Positions 1 to 10,113 of a stretch of DNA of 64,000 nucleotides are shown one piece after another. Within the stretch, counting starts at the first letter, position 1, and every line of letters begins with the position of its first letter. The stretch comes from a virus: positions 15,204 to 79,203 of the IMG/VR virus record IMGVR_UViG_3300025120_010481; one strand, given 5' to 3'. The notes beneath the pieces are model-generated. The model worked only from the letters and a program-made list of their open reading frames with translations. It made no database searches and had not been told where the DNA came from. A program made the position numbers and the translations under genes.

Positions 1-663
1 TAAGTGCTTGCACATATATTTAACTCTGATGACGCAATAGCCAGCAGCAACCAACAGTCCGTTTTTGATAGCGTCCTGTTTGATTGTTTTCTGTAGCTTT
101 ACTTCACCAAATATAGGCTTAAAATGTTGAGGCCCGTCTATCTCTATTATAGTCTTAATCTCAGGTAAAAACAAGTCAATTTCGTATTTTCCTTGAATTA
201 AATTCTTCTTGTGTAGCACTACCTCAAAACCTTCAGCTTCTAAGTTTTTCTTCAAAGACTTCTCGGCCTTTGAACCTTCTATTGTAGTCATCCTCAAGGC
301 TCTACCAGCACTTTCAAGCATCTCGCGTTTTTTCTCAGCGGGTATATTGTCCCATCTTTCTTTTGACGCTTCAGATACGGCCTTCCTGTCTTCTTTTGAC
401 ATGCTCTTCCAGTGCTTTGCTTTGCCTTCACTAATCTTACGCTTTTGCTCTTCTGACCTTTCTGTTCCTTCTGTTGGGTGCTTGGCACGTCCAGACTTAA
501 TAGCTAGAGCTTGAGCCTCTGATCTAGACCTTAATTTTACTCCATTCTTTTTTAGAATTCTTTCTATTTTTTTAGGATAGGTGTCTAGTTCTTTTGCTAT
601 AGAGTAGGTGCTAAAATTTTCACCGTACTTTTTAACCACATAGCTTTCGTTAATTTTGCTCAT
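1..663 (-). CDS. Endonuclease, NUMOD3-like basic region plus C-terminal Vsr/DUF559-type (EDxHD-like) nuclease domain; 3'-truncated by window edge; probable homing endonuclease
   Basis: Missing from the ORF track because it runs off the window. Manual translation from ATG at 663: MSKINESYVVKKY...HPTEGTERSEEQKRKISEG...YEIDLFLPEIKTIIEIDGPQHF...QDAIKNGLLVAAGYCVIRV. Confidence 0.75.
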   Translation of the reverse strand, partial: MSKINESYVVKKYGENFSTYSIAKELDTYPKKIERILKKNGVKLRSRSEAQALAIKSGRAKHPTEGTERSEEQKRKISEGKAKHWKSMSKEDRKAVSEASKERWDNIPAEKKREMLESAGRALRMTTIEGSKAEKSLKKNLEAEGFEVVLHKKNLIQGKYEIDLFLPEIKTIIEIDGPQHFKPIFGEVKLQKTIKQDAIKNGLLVAAGYCVIRVKYMCKHL

Positions 664-1117
664 TGTTTACTCCTAAAAATTCTTCTAGTTGATTTCTGTT
701 CCAGTCCTCGACTATTGCATCTACCTTTACGTTGTACTTATTTTCTAGCAACGCTTTTTGGTCAAGGCTTCTGGTGGCTATTTTAAGTCTTTTATCGTTT
801 AACATCCTGCAAGTCATATCAAAATCAGTGGGAAAGTCAAGCTCCCACAAGTAAAAGTATTTGTCACAAGATGTGTGCGAATCTAATATAAACGCAAGAT
901 CGGAAAAGTTGGTAGCCACTAGCTTACCAGCAAAATTTGAAACAAACGATATATTTTTACATGAAAACATAGGCTTGATTACTGGCGGCGAGGGCTGAAG
1001 CGTAAAGCAAGAAACAGACCTTTTTGGGTTTTTTGCTATTTCGTTAAATTCTTTTATCATGCAAAAGTTATTCTGTGATGCTGTTAAACTTCTGACTATT
1101 GTAGCTATTTCTTTCAT
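650..1117 (-). CDS. Hypothetical protein in glycosylation locus
   Basis: 155 aa ORF with GGAG RBS, coupled to neighbours; no recognisable motif. Confidence 0.6.
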   Translation of the reverse strand: MKEIATIVRSLTASQNNFCMIKEFNEIAKNPKRSVSCFTLQPSPPVIKPMFSCKNISFVSNFAGKLVATNFSDLAFILDSHTSCDKYFYLWELDFPTDFDMTCRMLNDKRLKIATRSLDQKALLENKYNVKVDAIVEDWNRNQLEEFLGVNNEQN

Positions 1118-1128
1118 TTTGTCAACTC

Positions 1129-1911
1129 CTAAAATTTAAAATACTCTGATCTCCACGTTCTTCCACCCGCCCAGTGTCGTAATATGGTGTTTTCTTTAAT
1201 TGTTGGGTTTATGTAAAACTTGTCCGACCCGTCTTCTTCTGGTATGTGAGTAACGTTCCATTCTGTTGGGAAAACTTCTACGTTTTCTAGCAATTCATCA
1301 ACAGAGTATATTGTCTCAGACGAGGGATTTGAGTTAAATCCGTAGTTTGGTAGTTTTGCAAATGGCTCCCAGCTATGCAGTGGCAACCCAGTCATTGTGT
1401 ACCACGATGCCTGCTCTCTAAAAATCTCCCACATGGGTAGCTTTGATATGGGGTGAAAGTGTTCGGGGGATGAATTATTTTTCATTCTTTCATAGAAGTC
1501 TTCATCTAGCATATTTCTAAGCATTTGTCTTGACCACTCATTAACCCTTATAGTGTAAGCACCCATACAGTGTGTGTTACACGAGTCAATAGCGTACCCA
1601 AAAGACTTACCTTTACTTGGCTCAAATGACTTTGTAAAATCAGCAATTGCTATGTCAGCATCTATGTGGGACACTATGTCGCCATCTTTTACAAATCCTT
1701 CTTCAATCCAATCATGTACTATCTTATGCTTTAACCATGTAGGGTTTCCCCTCCAAAAACTTCCGTCTTCTTCTCTTGGGAGCTTTAAAAACTCTATATA
1801 TTCAAACCCGTGAATATCTGAGTATATTTTATTTGCCTTCGACATGTAGTTTACAAAAAATTGTTGCCTTGCATCAGGGTATTCTGCCATGCAAAAGAAT
1901 ATTTTTTTCAT
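1129..1911 (-). CDS. Glycosyltransferase, GT34/nucleotide-diphospho-sugar transferase-like
   Basis: Y..IHGFEY, W.K, HIDAD (DxD), EQ and ILRHWAG motifs typical of GT34-like enzymes. Confidence 0.7.
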   Translation of the reverse strand: MKKIFFCMAEYPDARQQFFVNYMSKANKIYSDIHGFEYIEFLKLPREEDGSFWRGNPTWLKHKIVHDWIEEGFVKDGDIVSHIDADIAIADFTKSFEPSKGKSFGYAIDSCNTHCMGAYTIRVNEWSRQMLRNMLDEDFYERMKNNSSPEHFHPISKLPMWEIFREQASWYTMTGLPLHSWEPFAKLPNYGFNSNPSSETIYSVDELLENVEVFPTEWNVTHIPEEDGSDKFYINPTIKENTILRHWAGGRTWRSEYFKF

Positions 1912-1945
1912 AGTTTTTTCCTTATTTATTGATTGCTGTCATAAC

Positions 1946-2731
1946 TCATTGTATTCCCATTTCCTTCTTGATGTATTCTGCTACCTTTTTTCCGCGAACA
2001 CTTTCAGCGTATTCGTAGTATCTATCGTTGGTAATTTCTTCGTTGTTTATTTTGTTAATAATATTTTCTATCGAGGCAAGAGAAAACTCTTCGACTCTAG
2101 CTTCCTCCCATTGCTTTACGGTTCGATAAAACCAAAAGTCTGGCAAGTCGTAATTCATTAACGGTAAGCATCCAAATTCCATAGATTCAAAAAACCTAAA
2201 TGTTTCTGGACTTGCAGTCCCGTGAGGGCATATCGCAATTTTGGCATTGCTCATGATCTCGGAGTAGTCAAACTTTGAAAGACCGTTGTTAAATCCTTGG
2301 TAAAACCAGAAGAAGGACTTTAACGAACTGTTATCTAACTCATTCGCTAACTTGGGTATATCTAATCTATTATATGCTATCTGACCTAAAAATACCACAT
2401 CTAATTTTCTATCTTTTAAATTAGTTTTGCTTTGAACCTTTATGTCTTTAGATGGGCCGAGAGGTATAGGTCTCAGTTTTGAATTGTGCTGATAATCAGG
2501 GCAATATTGCTTAAATATCATTTTAACAGAAGGGTCTTTAACTTCTTCTGGTGTCCTATACTGCTCGTCAGCGTTCATCAGTATTATTTTGTCGCCCTCT
2601 ATTTCCGGCATCGGGTCTCCAAAGTTTTTTGCGATGACCGTATAAGGAGAGTCAGCTAGATTTTGCGATATTTCAGAAAACAGATATTTTTCAAAATTAT
2701 TTTCTGGGATTAAATCAATGTAATCACCCAT
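1946..2731 (-). CDS. Glycosyltransferase, exostosin/GT47-like
   Basis: YSEIMSNAKIAICPHGTASPETFRFFESMEFGCLP motif. Confidence 0.75.
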   Translation of the reverse strand: MGDYIDLIPENNFEKYLFSEISQNLADSPYTVIAKNFGDPMPEIEGDKIILMNADEQYRTPEEVKDPSVKMIFKQYCPDYQHNSKLRPIPLGPSKDIKVQSKTNLKDRKLDVVFLGQIAYNRLDIPKLANELDNSSLKSFFWFYQGFNNGLSKFDYSEIMSNAKIAICPHGTASPETFRFFESMEFGCLPLMNYDLPDFWFYRTVKQWEEARVEEFSLASIENIINKINNEEITNDRYYEYAESVRGKKVAEYIKKEMGIQ

Positions 2732-3731
2732 GATTGACGACCTCCGATTTTAAAACGTTTATGTAGTATTCTACGACTTCTTTAATTATTTCGTCTGTAG
2801 ACTTTGTGGGAGTCCAGCCCAACCCATGTTTGATCTTTTCGCTGTTTGGAATTTTTTCAGGTGCTTCAGAAAACATATCGCCATGCAGTACTTTAGGGTC
2901 TACGTGTGTTATGCTAGAGCTAGACTCAGTAAATTCTTTTACTTTTTGTGCCAGATACAAAATAGTTTCTTCGTTTTTCTCGTTGCCTATATTCCACTCT
3001 TGGTTCCAGTTCGACCCTTCTTCTGCTTGAGAACACAGCCAAATACCGTTTACAATATCTTTAACCCAAGTAAATGCACGTATTTGAAGGCCATTAAAAT
3101 AAACTGTTATATCCTTTTGTCTCAATGCTTGGTCTGCAAATCTAGGCAAAACAAACCCACCATCAACTAGCTGTCTTTCTCCGGTGACATTAAACGGTCT
3201 GATTATTTGATATTTAAAATCTTTATCAACTCTACCAGTGTTAAAGACTGCCAGTTCAGCTAATAGCTTTGCGATAGCATATTCGTTTCTAACAGTGAAT
3301 TCGCCGTGAAGAACTTTATCTTCATGCTCTTTAAGGTAGGTTTTTTCTTCTCTGTGACCATAAATTTCTGAGGTTGACACAAATATTAATGGACATTTAT
3401 TTATTTTAGCCCCTTCAATAACCTTGTATATATCGTCAATTATAATCTGTGCCATCTTACCAGAGTGTTTTAATACTCCAACTGGCCCAACGGGTGACGC
3501 AAGATGTAGAATCATATCTAATTCTCCAATCGAGTCCCAGTCTATATCCATTAGGTCGATAAGGCTCACCTGACACTTTTGAGCGATTTCACTATCTTCG
3601 CTTATACTGTTGGAAGTTTTATTGTCCACTACAATTAAATCCCAACCTTCTTCAATGCCCCATTTCTCTATGCAGTGACTACCGATAAAACCTAACCCTC
3701 CAGTTATCAAGGCTCTTTTTGGTTTACTCAT
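2724..3731 (-). CDS. NAD-dependent epimerase/dehydratase (UDP-glucuronate decarboxylase-like SDR)
   Basis: LITGGLGFIGSH, HLASPVG, STSEIYG, YAIAK (YxxxK), RPFNVTG. Confidence 0.9.
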   Translation of the reverse strand: MSKPKRALITGGLGFIGSHCIEKWGIEEGWDLIVVDNKTSNSISEDSEIAQKCQVSLIDLMDIDWDSIGELDMILHLASPVGPVGVLKHSGKMAQIIIDDIYKVIEGAKINKCPLIFVSTSEIYGHREEKTYLKEHEDKVLHGEFTVRNEYAIAKLLAELAVFNTGRVDKDFKYQIIRPFNVTGERQLVDGGFVLPRFADQALRQKDITVYFNGLQIRAFTWVKDIVNGIWLCSQAEEGSNWNQEWNIGNEKNEETILYLAQKVKEFTESSSSITHVDPKVLHGDMFSEAPEKIPNSEKIKHGLGWTPTKSTDEIIKEVVEYYINVLKSEVVNHG

Positions 3732-4491
3732 TAGTTTTATCCCTTACCTCTCTGTATTGAATTGAATTATTTATAAGAAAGTGATGCGTTCTAGACGGCC
3801 CTTGGTTGGGTCTTACTCCAAATTCTAGCCCTATCACTGAGTCATTCCAGCTTTTCCAGCTATCGACGATATCAGGTCTACTGTCGCCCAAGTCGAGAAC
3901 CCTATTTTCTTCTGCTATAACTTTTGTAATCGAACCCAGCCCGTTTACTTTGTTGTGATCGTCAATTACCCATTTTTTCCTGAAGAACGCTCCAGATTTT
4001 TCACCCTTTAAACCGTCTCTTGGCTGTAAAGGTGTTTTCCAGTGATAATCATACTCTGCCTCGCATGATTCATAGTAAGCTAAATTTGCTAGCTTTAATC
4101 TTAAAACAAAGTCGTCGTCTTCCCAGCCACCACCATAAAATCTTTGATCCCAACAGCCAATGGTTCTAAGTAGTTGTTTGGAAAAGCCCATAAATCCAAC
4201 ACTGTACTGGGTCGCAGCAGCAAATCCATTATCTAGGTATTGTATTATTTTTTCTACTTCGTGCGGCTTTGGGTGCGTTCTATCATTGATTAATATTACG
4301 TGCTCGGTTTCTGATGTTACCATAGAGTCATTTATTAGTTCAGAATACGTATCGTACCACTCGCGTCTATCAATTCTATTATTCCATTTTACGCTAAACT
4401 TTTCTTCAAGTGGCTTTAAAGCCTCCATTTGATTTTCGACAATAGTTTTATCGCACCCACAATGCAAGCATATTGTAAATTCGTTAATCAT
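3724..4491 (-). CDS. Glycosyltransferase, GT2/GT7-like
   Basis: IGCWDQRFYGGGWEDDDF motif; start moved to MINEF (ATG 4491, GAGG RBS). Confidence 0.75.
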   Translation of the reverse strand: MINEFTICLHCGCDKTIVENQMEALKPLEEKFSVKWNNRIDRREWYDTYSELINDSMVTSETEHVILINDRTHPKPHEVEKIIQYLDNGFAAATQYSVGFMGFSKQLLRTIGCWDQRFYGGGWEDDDFVLRLKLANLAYYESCEAEYDYHWKTPLQPRDGLKGEKSGAFFRKKWVIDDHNKVNGLGSITKVIAEENRVLDLGDSRPDIVDSWKSWNDSVIGLEFGVRPNQGPSRTHHFLINNSIQYREVRDKTNE

Positions 4492-4515
4492 TTTATTTCC
4501 TCGTTGATAGAGTTT
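4489..4515. repeat. 27-bp imperfect direct repeat, copy 1 (RBS+ATG segment)
   Basis: cattttatttcctcgttgatagagttt; 24/27 identical to 5117-5143. Confidence 0.8.
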
Positions 4516-4531
4516 ATTTCTGTTTTTACTC

Positions 4532-5119
4532 TCATTTAATCCAAGCTCCCCAAAATACATGCTTTAACTCTGTGTGGTATTCGTATTTTTTTAGCTCTTG
4601 CTCTTTTATCAAATCTTCAATATGATCTATCGCTATCTCGTAATCGAACTTCCAGCCTAAGCGACTTGCGTGTTGGTCAAATTCTACACCCGTTTCCGCG
4701 TAATCGTGAGCCATAATTACATCACTGGGCTTTAAATGCTTGCTGAATGTTTGAAACTCTTTTATTTTATCTCCACCGTCACACAGTAATAGGCATCGTT
4801 TTCCTTTTTTTATTTGGTCTGCGATCTTTGCCTCCATGTCAAAGCAAGAACCTAAAAAGAAATCTATATTATTTGATTTAAACACATTGTTCACGTCTGG
4901 AATTACATCGGTGTCAGTTCTTTGGCTTGGGTTTATTAAGTCGTATGTTAATATTTTTGCGTTCGTTTTGTCTCTCATCCATATTGTTAAGCCCCCTACG
5001 TAAGTGCCGATCTCTATGATTGTATCAAAATCTTTTAGAAATTTTTCAAATACTGGCCCAATTTCTTTTGGGTGACTTATGTGTACGCCCTTATACCAAT
5101 TATGGTATTTTTTCGTCAT
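4532..5119 (-). CDS. SAM-dependent methyltransferase (CmcI/Methyltransf_24-like)
   Basis: IIEIGTYVGG motif I, LLCDGG, MAHDY; start MTKK at 5119. Confidence 0.75.
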   Translation of the reverse strand: MTKKYHNWYKGVHISHPKEIGPVFEKFLKDFDTIIEIGTYVGGLTIWMRDKTNAKILTYDLINPSQRTDTDVIPDVNNVFKSNNIDFFLGSCFDMEAKIADQIKKGKRCLLLCDGGDKIKEFQTFSKHLKPSDVIMAHDYAETGVEFDQHASRLGWKFDYEIAIDHIEDLIKEQELKKYEYHTELKHVFWGAWIK

Positions 5120-6017
5120 CTTGTTTCCTCTTTGATAGAGTTTCAATTATCTGTTTAGCTCTAGCTTCTGCGGTTCCATATTTCAATAGCCATTCTCTTT
5201 GATCCTTGATTCCCTCAAGATATAAGTCTGTTGGCTTATTATTTACTATAAGTTTATTGACGATATGCTCAAGTTCTTCTTTGGATGAATAAGAGCCACA
5301 AGGCATATTTACCGGAGAGCAAGTCTTAGGCTTTTTATCGTAATCCCTAAAAAGCAAATACGCACCACCTGCCATTATTTCGTAGTGCCTCAAAGAATCC
5401 CAACCACCCTTCATGCAGGTTAAACCAAAAAAAGAAGTCTGTATATCATTATAATAGTCATTTTCTTCAGAAAAAACATATAAATTTCTAGCTGCTGGCC
5501 CTAATATTTGAGGCCCAAATAAAGCGTATGGTGGTGCAGTTTGTGCGAATAGTTGGGTTTTTCGATTAACCGCTATCAGCCTTATCCTGTGACTAGGAAT
5601 ACCAAAACCTATAGGGTATACGTTGTCCTGCTCAGAAAAAAGCTCTCTTTTAAAACATGGAGTCCTAGATATATTTGAATGATCGTGTCCATCTAAATAC
5701 CACACTCCGTATTTTGCTAGTTTATCTATCTCTGGGTAATTCTTGACACCGTAAGCGTCTGTAACACCATATAACACAAAATCTATATCAGATAATTCTC
5801 TACTTGCAATATCTTTTATAGGTTCTGTAAGCAAGCTAAACCCCCAACCGTGAAGTTCGTTTTTGGGCGACTCTGAAAAGTCTCCGTACATAATTTTCTT
5901 CCTAGGGTAGTCTATGCAGTCGTCTCCCAGAACTTTTCTTAGCCCGACCAATGTAGACACCTCTTGGTAATCCCCTTGAGATTTAGGGTCTGAGGTTGTT
6001 ATGTAGATAATTCTCAC
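5100..6017 (-). CDS. Glycosyltransferase (GT-B fold)
   Basis: YLDGHD, FKREL, KGGWDSLRHYEIMAGG motifs. Confidence 0.7.
   Translation of the reverse strand: MRIIYITTSDPKSQGDYQEVSTLVGLRKVLGDDCIDYPRKKIMYGDFSESPKNELHGWGFSLLTEPIKDIASRELSDIDFVLYGVTDAYGVKNYPEIDKLAKYGVWYLDGHDHSNISRTPCFKRELFSEQDNVYPIGFGIPSHRIRLIAVNRKTQLFAQTAPPYALFGPQILGPAARNLYVFSEENDYYNDIQTSFFGLTCMKGGWDSLRHYEIMAGGAYLLFRDYDKKPKTCSPVNMPCGSYSSKEELEHIVNKLIVNNKPTDLYLEGIKDQREWLLKYGTAEARAKQIIETLSKRKQDDEKIP
5117..5143. repeat. 27-bp imperfect direct repeat, copy 2
   Basis: catcttgtttcctctttgatagagttt. Confidence 0.8.
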
Positions 6018-6843
6018 CTAGCACCTCCATTATATTTTTAGCACAACCCTCAAAAGAGTAATATCCTTGATAAGCTTCTCTTCCCTTAGAAAGCATCGTG
6101 TTTATCGTGTCATTATCGTAACTTTTTAATTTGGTTAACAGGTCGTCAATTTCTTCAACGTGGCAAAGAACTCCATAATCAGAAAAATTAACTCTGTCTT
6201 TAAATGGAATCCAAGGTTCGTCGTATATGTATACCGGAATAGCCCCAGCCTGTAATGCTTCACATATTCTAAACGAGGTCTTTCCGTAACCTCTAGGACA
6301 TAAAGCAAAAACTGAATCGCTCATCAAAGAGGTGAAATAACCCCTTGGAAGTTTCTCCGACCTTTCCATGACCAAAATTTCATCAGAGCCTTGAGGTATT
6401 TCTCTGCTCCACATCCACATTTTTTCGCGTACAGAATGTCTCCCAAAGATAGCACCTATAAAAGAAGCTAAAAATCTTTTACTTTTATTTTCGGGGTACG
6501 CTTGCTGGTTGCAATTAAGTGGTATAGCATAGTCTCCGACACCGCCTGAGCTAAATGTAACCAAATCCAAATGGCTAACATCGTGCTGTATCCCATCGTC
6601 CCATTGGCAGATAGTATAATACTTTTTCGATGTGTCGAGTTGATTCAAGTAGTTTTGAAGATCGCTCATATCTAGATTGCAATAAGATTTACTAATATAA
6701 TAATTAGTCCAAAAAACATCAAGGTAATATCTTTGACTTTTCTCATGAAGTGCCGGAGGATTATAAACATTCCCAAAATATTCTTCAAATATACAATGGT
6801 TTGTTGGCGGGTTCTCATGATTTGTTGCAGTTCTGAAATTCAA
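5983..6843 (-). CDS. Glycosyltransferase, exostosin/GT47 family
   Basis: LASFIG, MSDSVFALCPRGYGKTSFRICEALQAGAIPVYI..E.WIPF; start uncertain (TTG 6843). Confidence 0.85.
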   Translation of the reverse strand: MNFRTATNHENPPTNHCIFEEYFGNVYNPPALHEKSQRYYLDVFWTNYYISKSYCNLDMSDLQNYLNQLDTSKKYYTICQWDDGIQHDVSHLDLVTFSSGGVGDYAIPLNCNQQAYPENKSKRFLASFIGAIFGRHSVREKMWMWSREIPQGSDEILVMERSEKLPRGYFTSLMSDSVFALCPRGYGKTSFRICEALQAGAIPVYIYDEPWIPFKDRVNFSDYGVLCHVEEIDDLLTKLKSYDNDTINTMLSKGREAYQGYYSFEGCAKNIMEVLGENYLHNNLRP

Positions 6844-7700
6844 AGGGTTTCTCCCATGTAAAATTTTGTATTCGGTTGCCAACTAGAGTGCCAAAGGTGA
6901 CACGCCATACTGTGATGTTTTAGGTATTTATTTATAATTTCTAGGCTCACTTCATTTCTATAAAAAGCGGGGAAAGGATGAAATGTTTGAGATGGCATAA
7001 TTAAAATGTCGTCTCTAAAAGCGTCACCGTTAAGGTATTTTAGCATAGATCGAGTTAGAAGCCAAGGCCCAGTTTGAAAAAGAACCCTACTTTGATCACA
7101 TGAGATAGAACTATAACCCTTTTCTAAGTCCGGTTTACTTACTTCTTCTACGCACATTTTTACTATTGGATGATTAGGACTGGATGCCATAATTCCATTA
7201 TTTAATTGTACGGGTCTTTCTAGGCATATACCAGCATAAAAAGACCAACTGTCATGCAGGTATTTAAACTTTTCAGAGCAAGTGCATAAAAAGTCAGTAT
7301 CTACGTAAAGCCCTCCCATCTCTAGGAGTATCTCATACCTAAGTATATCAGATTTAATCCCAAAACTTTTAGCGTTTGAAAAATTACTATAAGATGATTT
7401 GCTCTTCATAAAGGCTTCTGAGTCTTCATTGCCCCACAACTTAAATTCAAATGAAGGGTTTTTAGATTTCCAGTCTTCTATGTTGCCCTCATAAAATTTA
7501 GGAATATCATTTCCGAGCCATATAAAGTGAACAATTTTAGGTATAGGATTTTCAACTGCATCCTGTTTGATTTTAGCGTTGTCAAAAATCTGCGATATTT
7601 TAATCCAGTCTGGATCGTCCATAGCGTATCTAGGATTAAACAAAGAGGTTTCTATAAGGCATTTGTTTAAAAAGTTTGAAAAAAATTCATTGTTTAACAT
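6840..7700 (-). CDS. Glycosyltransferase GT32 (DXD sugar-binding, OCH1/TcdA-like)
   Basis: IPKIVHFIWLG, SDILRYEIL..GGLYVDTD, QTGP, HLWHSSW. Confidence 0.9.
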   Translation of the reverse strand: MLNNEFFSNFLNKCLIETSLFNPRYAMDDPDWIKISQIFDNAKIKQDAVENPIPKIVHFIWLGNDIPKFYEGNIEDWKSKNPSFEFKLWGNEDSEAFMKSKSSYSNFSNAKSFGIKSDILRYEILLEMGGLYVDTDFLCTCSEKFKYLHDSWSFYAGICLERPVQLNNGIMASSPNHPIVKMCVEEVSKPDLEKGYSSISCDQSRVLFQTGPWLLTRSMLKYLNGDAFRDDILIMPSQTFHPFPAFYRNEVSLEIINKYLKHHSMACHLWHSSWQPNTKFYMGETL

Positions 7701-8304
7701 ATAAAGCATCCCCCCAACTTTGAGACTGCCAAACAGCTTTAACTCTTGTAAAGCCTCTTTGGTCTAGAAAGTGATCAACCTCTTCAATTTGGCAGCAGTT
7801 TTCATAAACTTCATCTCTGTTAACTTCCACAATCAAAGAATCTACGTTTAGTAAGGTTTTTTCAGAGCCTTTTAATACGTGAAGCTCGTAGCCTTGAACG
7901 TCAATGTTCATAAAGTTAGCGTCAAAAAACTCGTAATCGTCTAAAATGCAAACCTTCACGGTTTCCGTGTGCGTAAACGTCACCTCTGGGTGTTCCGTCA
8001 GGTGAACTTTCGGTTTTAATAATGAGCTAGATGCACCATCCCCGTTCTCAACTCCACCAGAGCGATGAGAAATATTTAATTCCATTTCGCCTTTCTCGCA
8101 ACCAAGTGCTACATTGTGAACTGATTCAGTGGGTGTCAACTGACTTTTTATTATCTCGTACATTCTTTTTTGGGGTTCAAACATAATTGTGTCTTTAACC
8201 CCTATTGAGCGATACGATTCTAGCTCTTCACCTCTAAATCCCCCAACGTGAATTACTTTATTTATTGGAACTATTCTGTTAATTTCAGCAATGTTAAAAA
8301 CCAT
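7687..8304 (-). CDS. FkbM-family methyltransferase
   Basis: HVGGFRGEE, FEP, SSSLLKP, NIDVQGYELHVLKG, WGDALY. Confidence 0.9.
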   Translation of the reverse strand: MVFNIAEINRIVPINKVIHVGGFRGEELESYRSIGVKDTIMFEPQKRMYEIIKSQLTPTESVHNVALGCEKGEMELNISHRSGGVENGDGASSSLLKPKVHLTEHPEVTFTHTETVKVCILDDYEFFDANFMNIDVQGYELHVLKGSEKTLLNVDSLIVEVNRDEVYENCCQIEEVDHFLDQRGFTRVKAVWQSQSWGDALYVKQ

Positions 8305-8306
8305 AT

Positions 8307-9182
8307 TTAAATTACTCCTTTCATTATGTCAATTTCTGTGTGTGGGCAATCTATATGTCCTATTGGAATCTTTGAGAAGTCGATTCTTTTCCCCTGTTCG
8401 TATAGTCGAAGCATCTCATCGGGAGAACAGTAGTAAGTGTCTCCTGACGAGTTACTCTCAAAATTTCCCGAAACTCTATTGTTTGGACTGTTAACGTAAG
8501 AGCTTTCAAGTGAGCTAGACATCCACTGAGTTGTCGAACACCAAACCGCTTGTAGTCCAGCTTCGTAGTCGTTTGGCGTTTGGCACTTCAACCCATTATG
8601 GACTGATAGGGTGCATATCGAGTTAGTCCAATCAAAAATATCATTATGCCTAAAGGCGTGACCGTCAACAGAGTGAGAATAAGACCAGTAGTTACCGTAG
8701 AAGTGTGCAGTTTTATCCCAATACAAGACTCCATTTTCCAAGTCCACTCTAGACTTTTGTGGAATTTTACAAACTTGGTCAGGAGCACTCTGCCCCTGAT
8801 GCTCTCTACGTACCACATTTAAACCCATACGCATAGAATAAGTTACAACATTAGTATTTTGCATAACCTTTTCTATAATTCCAACGTCTTGCTCTTTAAA
8901 CATTATTCCGTCATCAGTAAAAAAGCACACAAGAGGGTTTTTGTTTTCTTTTGAAAGTATAGACCACGTACATTTAAACAGGTTTTTATCTGTCTGCTGC
9001 GAAAAGTTAACCTCTGGATGTTCAGTCTTTAACGTTTCAATGCTGTTCCGATATTTTTCTGAGTAGTTTTCTATTACAGTTATAGTAATTGCGTCCGAGC
9101 CTACAAGGTTTTTCTTTATAGACTTCAGGCAGAGATCGAGTTGCAAAGGTCTGTCTTTGCTAAATATAATCGTAGTAATCAC
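8307..9182 (-). CDS. Glycosyltransferase, GT-A/GT2-like
   Basis: IIFSKDRPLQLDLCLKS N-terminus, FFTDD. Confidence 0.7.
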   Translation of the reverse strand: MITTIIFSKDRPLQLDLCLKSIKKNLVGSDAITITVIENYSEKYRNSIETLKTEHPEVNFSQQTDKNLFKCTWSILSKENKNPLVCFFTDDGIMFKEQDVGIIEKVMQNTNVVTYSMRMGLNVVRREHQGQSAPDQVCKIPQKSRVDLENGVLYWDKTAHFYGNYWSYSHSVDGHAFRHNDIFDWTNSICTLSVHNGLKCQTPNDYEAGLQAVWCSTTQWMSSSLESSYVNSPNNRVSGNFESNSSGDTYYCSPDEMLRLYEQGKRIDFSKIPIGHIDCPHTEIDIMKGVI

Positions 9183-10113
9183 TTAATCTTTCCTTGTTTG
9201 CGTAAAACCATTCAATTGTGTCAACCAAGCCCAAATCCAAAGGTTTTGCCGCTTGCCATCCCAGTTTTTCTTTTGCTAGACTTACATCTAGACACCTTCT
9301 AGGTTGACCATTTGGCTTTGTGTTGTCAAAGTCAATAATCCCTTTGTAGCCCATAATTTGTGCTATCTTATTTACCAAGTCTGAGATGGATATTTCTTGT
9401 CCTGTTCCTAGATTGATTGGATCAGGAGATGTTTCTACTTCCACTGCTTTAACGATTGCGTCAGCACAGTCAGATGCGTACAAAAATTCTCTACTGGCAG
9501 TTCCATCGCCCCAAATTGTGATCTCTGGGTCTACCATTGTGTCCATTGCTTTTGCAATTTTTAAAATTAGAGCAGGAATAACGTGGCTACTTCTTGGGTC
9601 GAAGTTGTCGTCCATTCCATACATATTAACTGGAATTAAATTACAAGAGTTGAACCCGTATTGATTTTTATACGCGATAAGCATTTCCATCAGGGTTTTC
9701 TTGGCGATCCCGTATGGTGCATTGGTTTCCTCTGGGTAGCCATTCCAAAGATCGCTTTCCTTGAAAGGAACGGGCGTGAATTTAGGGTAGGCACAAACAG
9801 TGCCAAGCATTACAAACTTTTCTGTTCCGTACTGCCTACATCCTTCAATAAGGTTCATACCCATAGCCAAGTTGTCGTATAAAAACTTTCCGGGCTGCTC
9901 CTGATTGATTCCAATTCCCCCACAAGTTGCAGCTAGGTGGATAACCTTTTCTGGCTTTGTTGAGGTAAGAGCATGAAACACTTGCTTCTTGTCTGTTAAG
10001 TCAAACTCTCTTTTGCCGTTTAGTGGAATCACATCGTGCTGGGCATTTTTTAAAGCCCTGCAAACAGCCTTTCCTAAAAATCCATTTGCCCCAGTTACTA
10101 ATACTCTAGTCAT
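9160..10113 (-). CDS. fcl: GDP-L-fucose synthase
   Basis: VTGANGFLG, HLAATCGGIGIN, GTVCAYPK, PEETNAPYGIAKK, SHVIPALI, WGDGTASREFLY, KPNGQPRR. Confidence 0.95.
   Translation of the reverse strand: MTRVLVTGANGFLGKAVCRALKNAQHDVIPLNGKREFDLTDKKQVFHALTSTKPEKVIHLAATCGGIGINQEQPGKFLYDNLAMGMNLIEGCRQYGTEKFVMLGTVCAYPKFTPVPFKESDLWNGYPEETNAPYGIAKKTLMEMLIAYKNQYGFNSCNLIPVNMYGMDDNFDPRSSHVIPALILKIAKAMDTMVDPEITIWGDGTASREFLYASDCADAIVKAVEVETSPDPINLGTGQEISISDLVNKIAQIMGYKGIIDFDNTKPNGQPRRCLDVSLAKEKLGWQAAKPLDLGLVDTIEWFYANKERLSDYYDYI

Noticed and set aside
209-514. ORFs 209-514(+) and 294-488(-)
   Set aside because: Shadows of the real minus-strand endonuclease gene at 1-663
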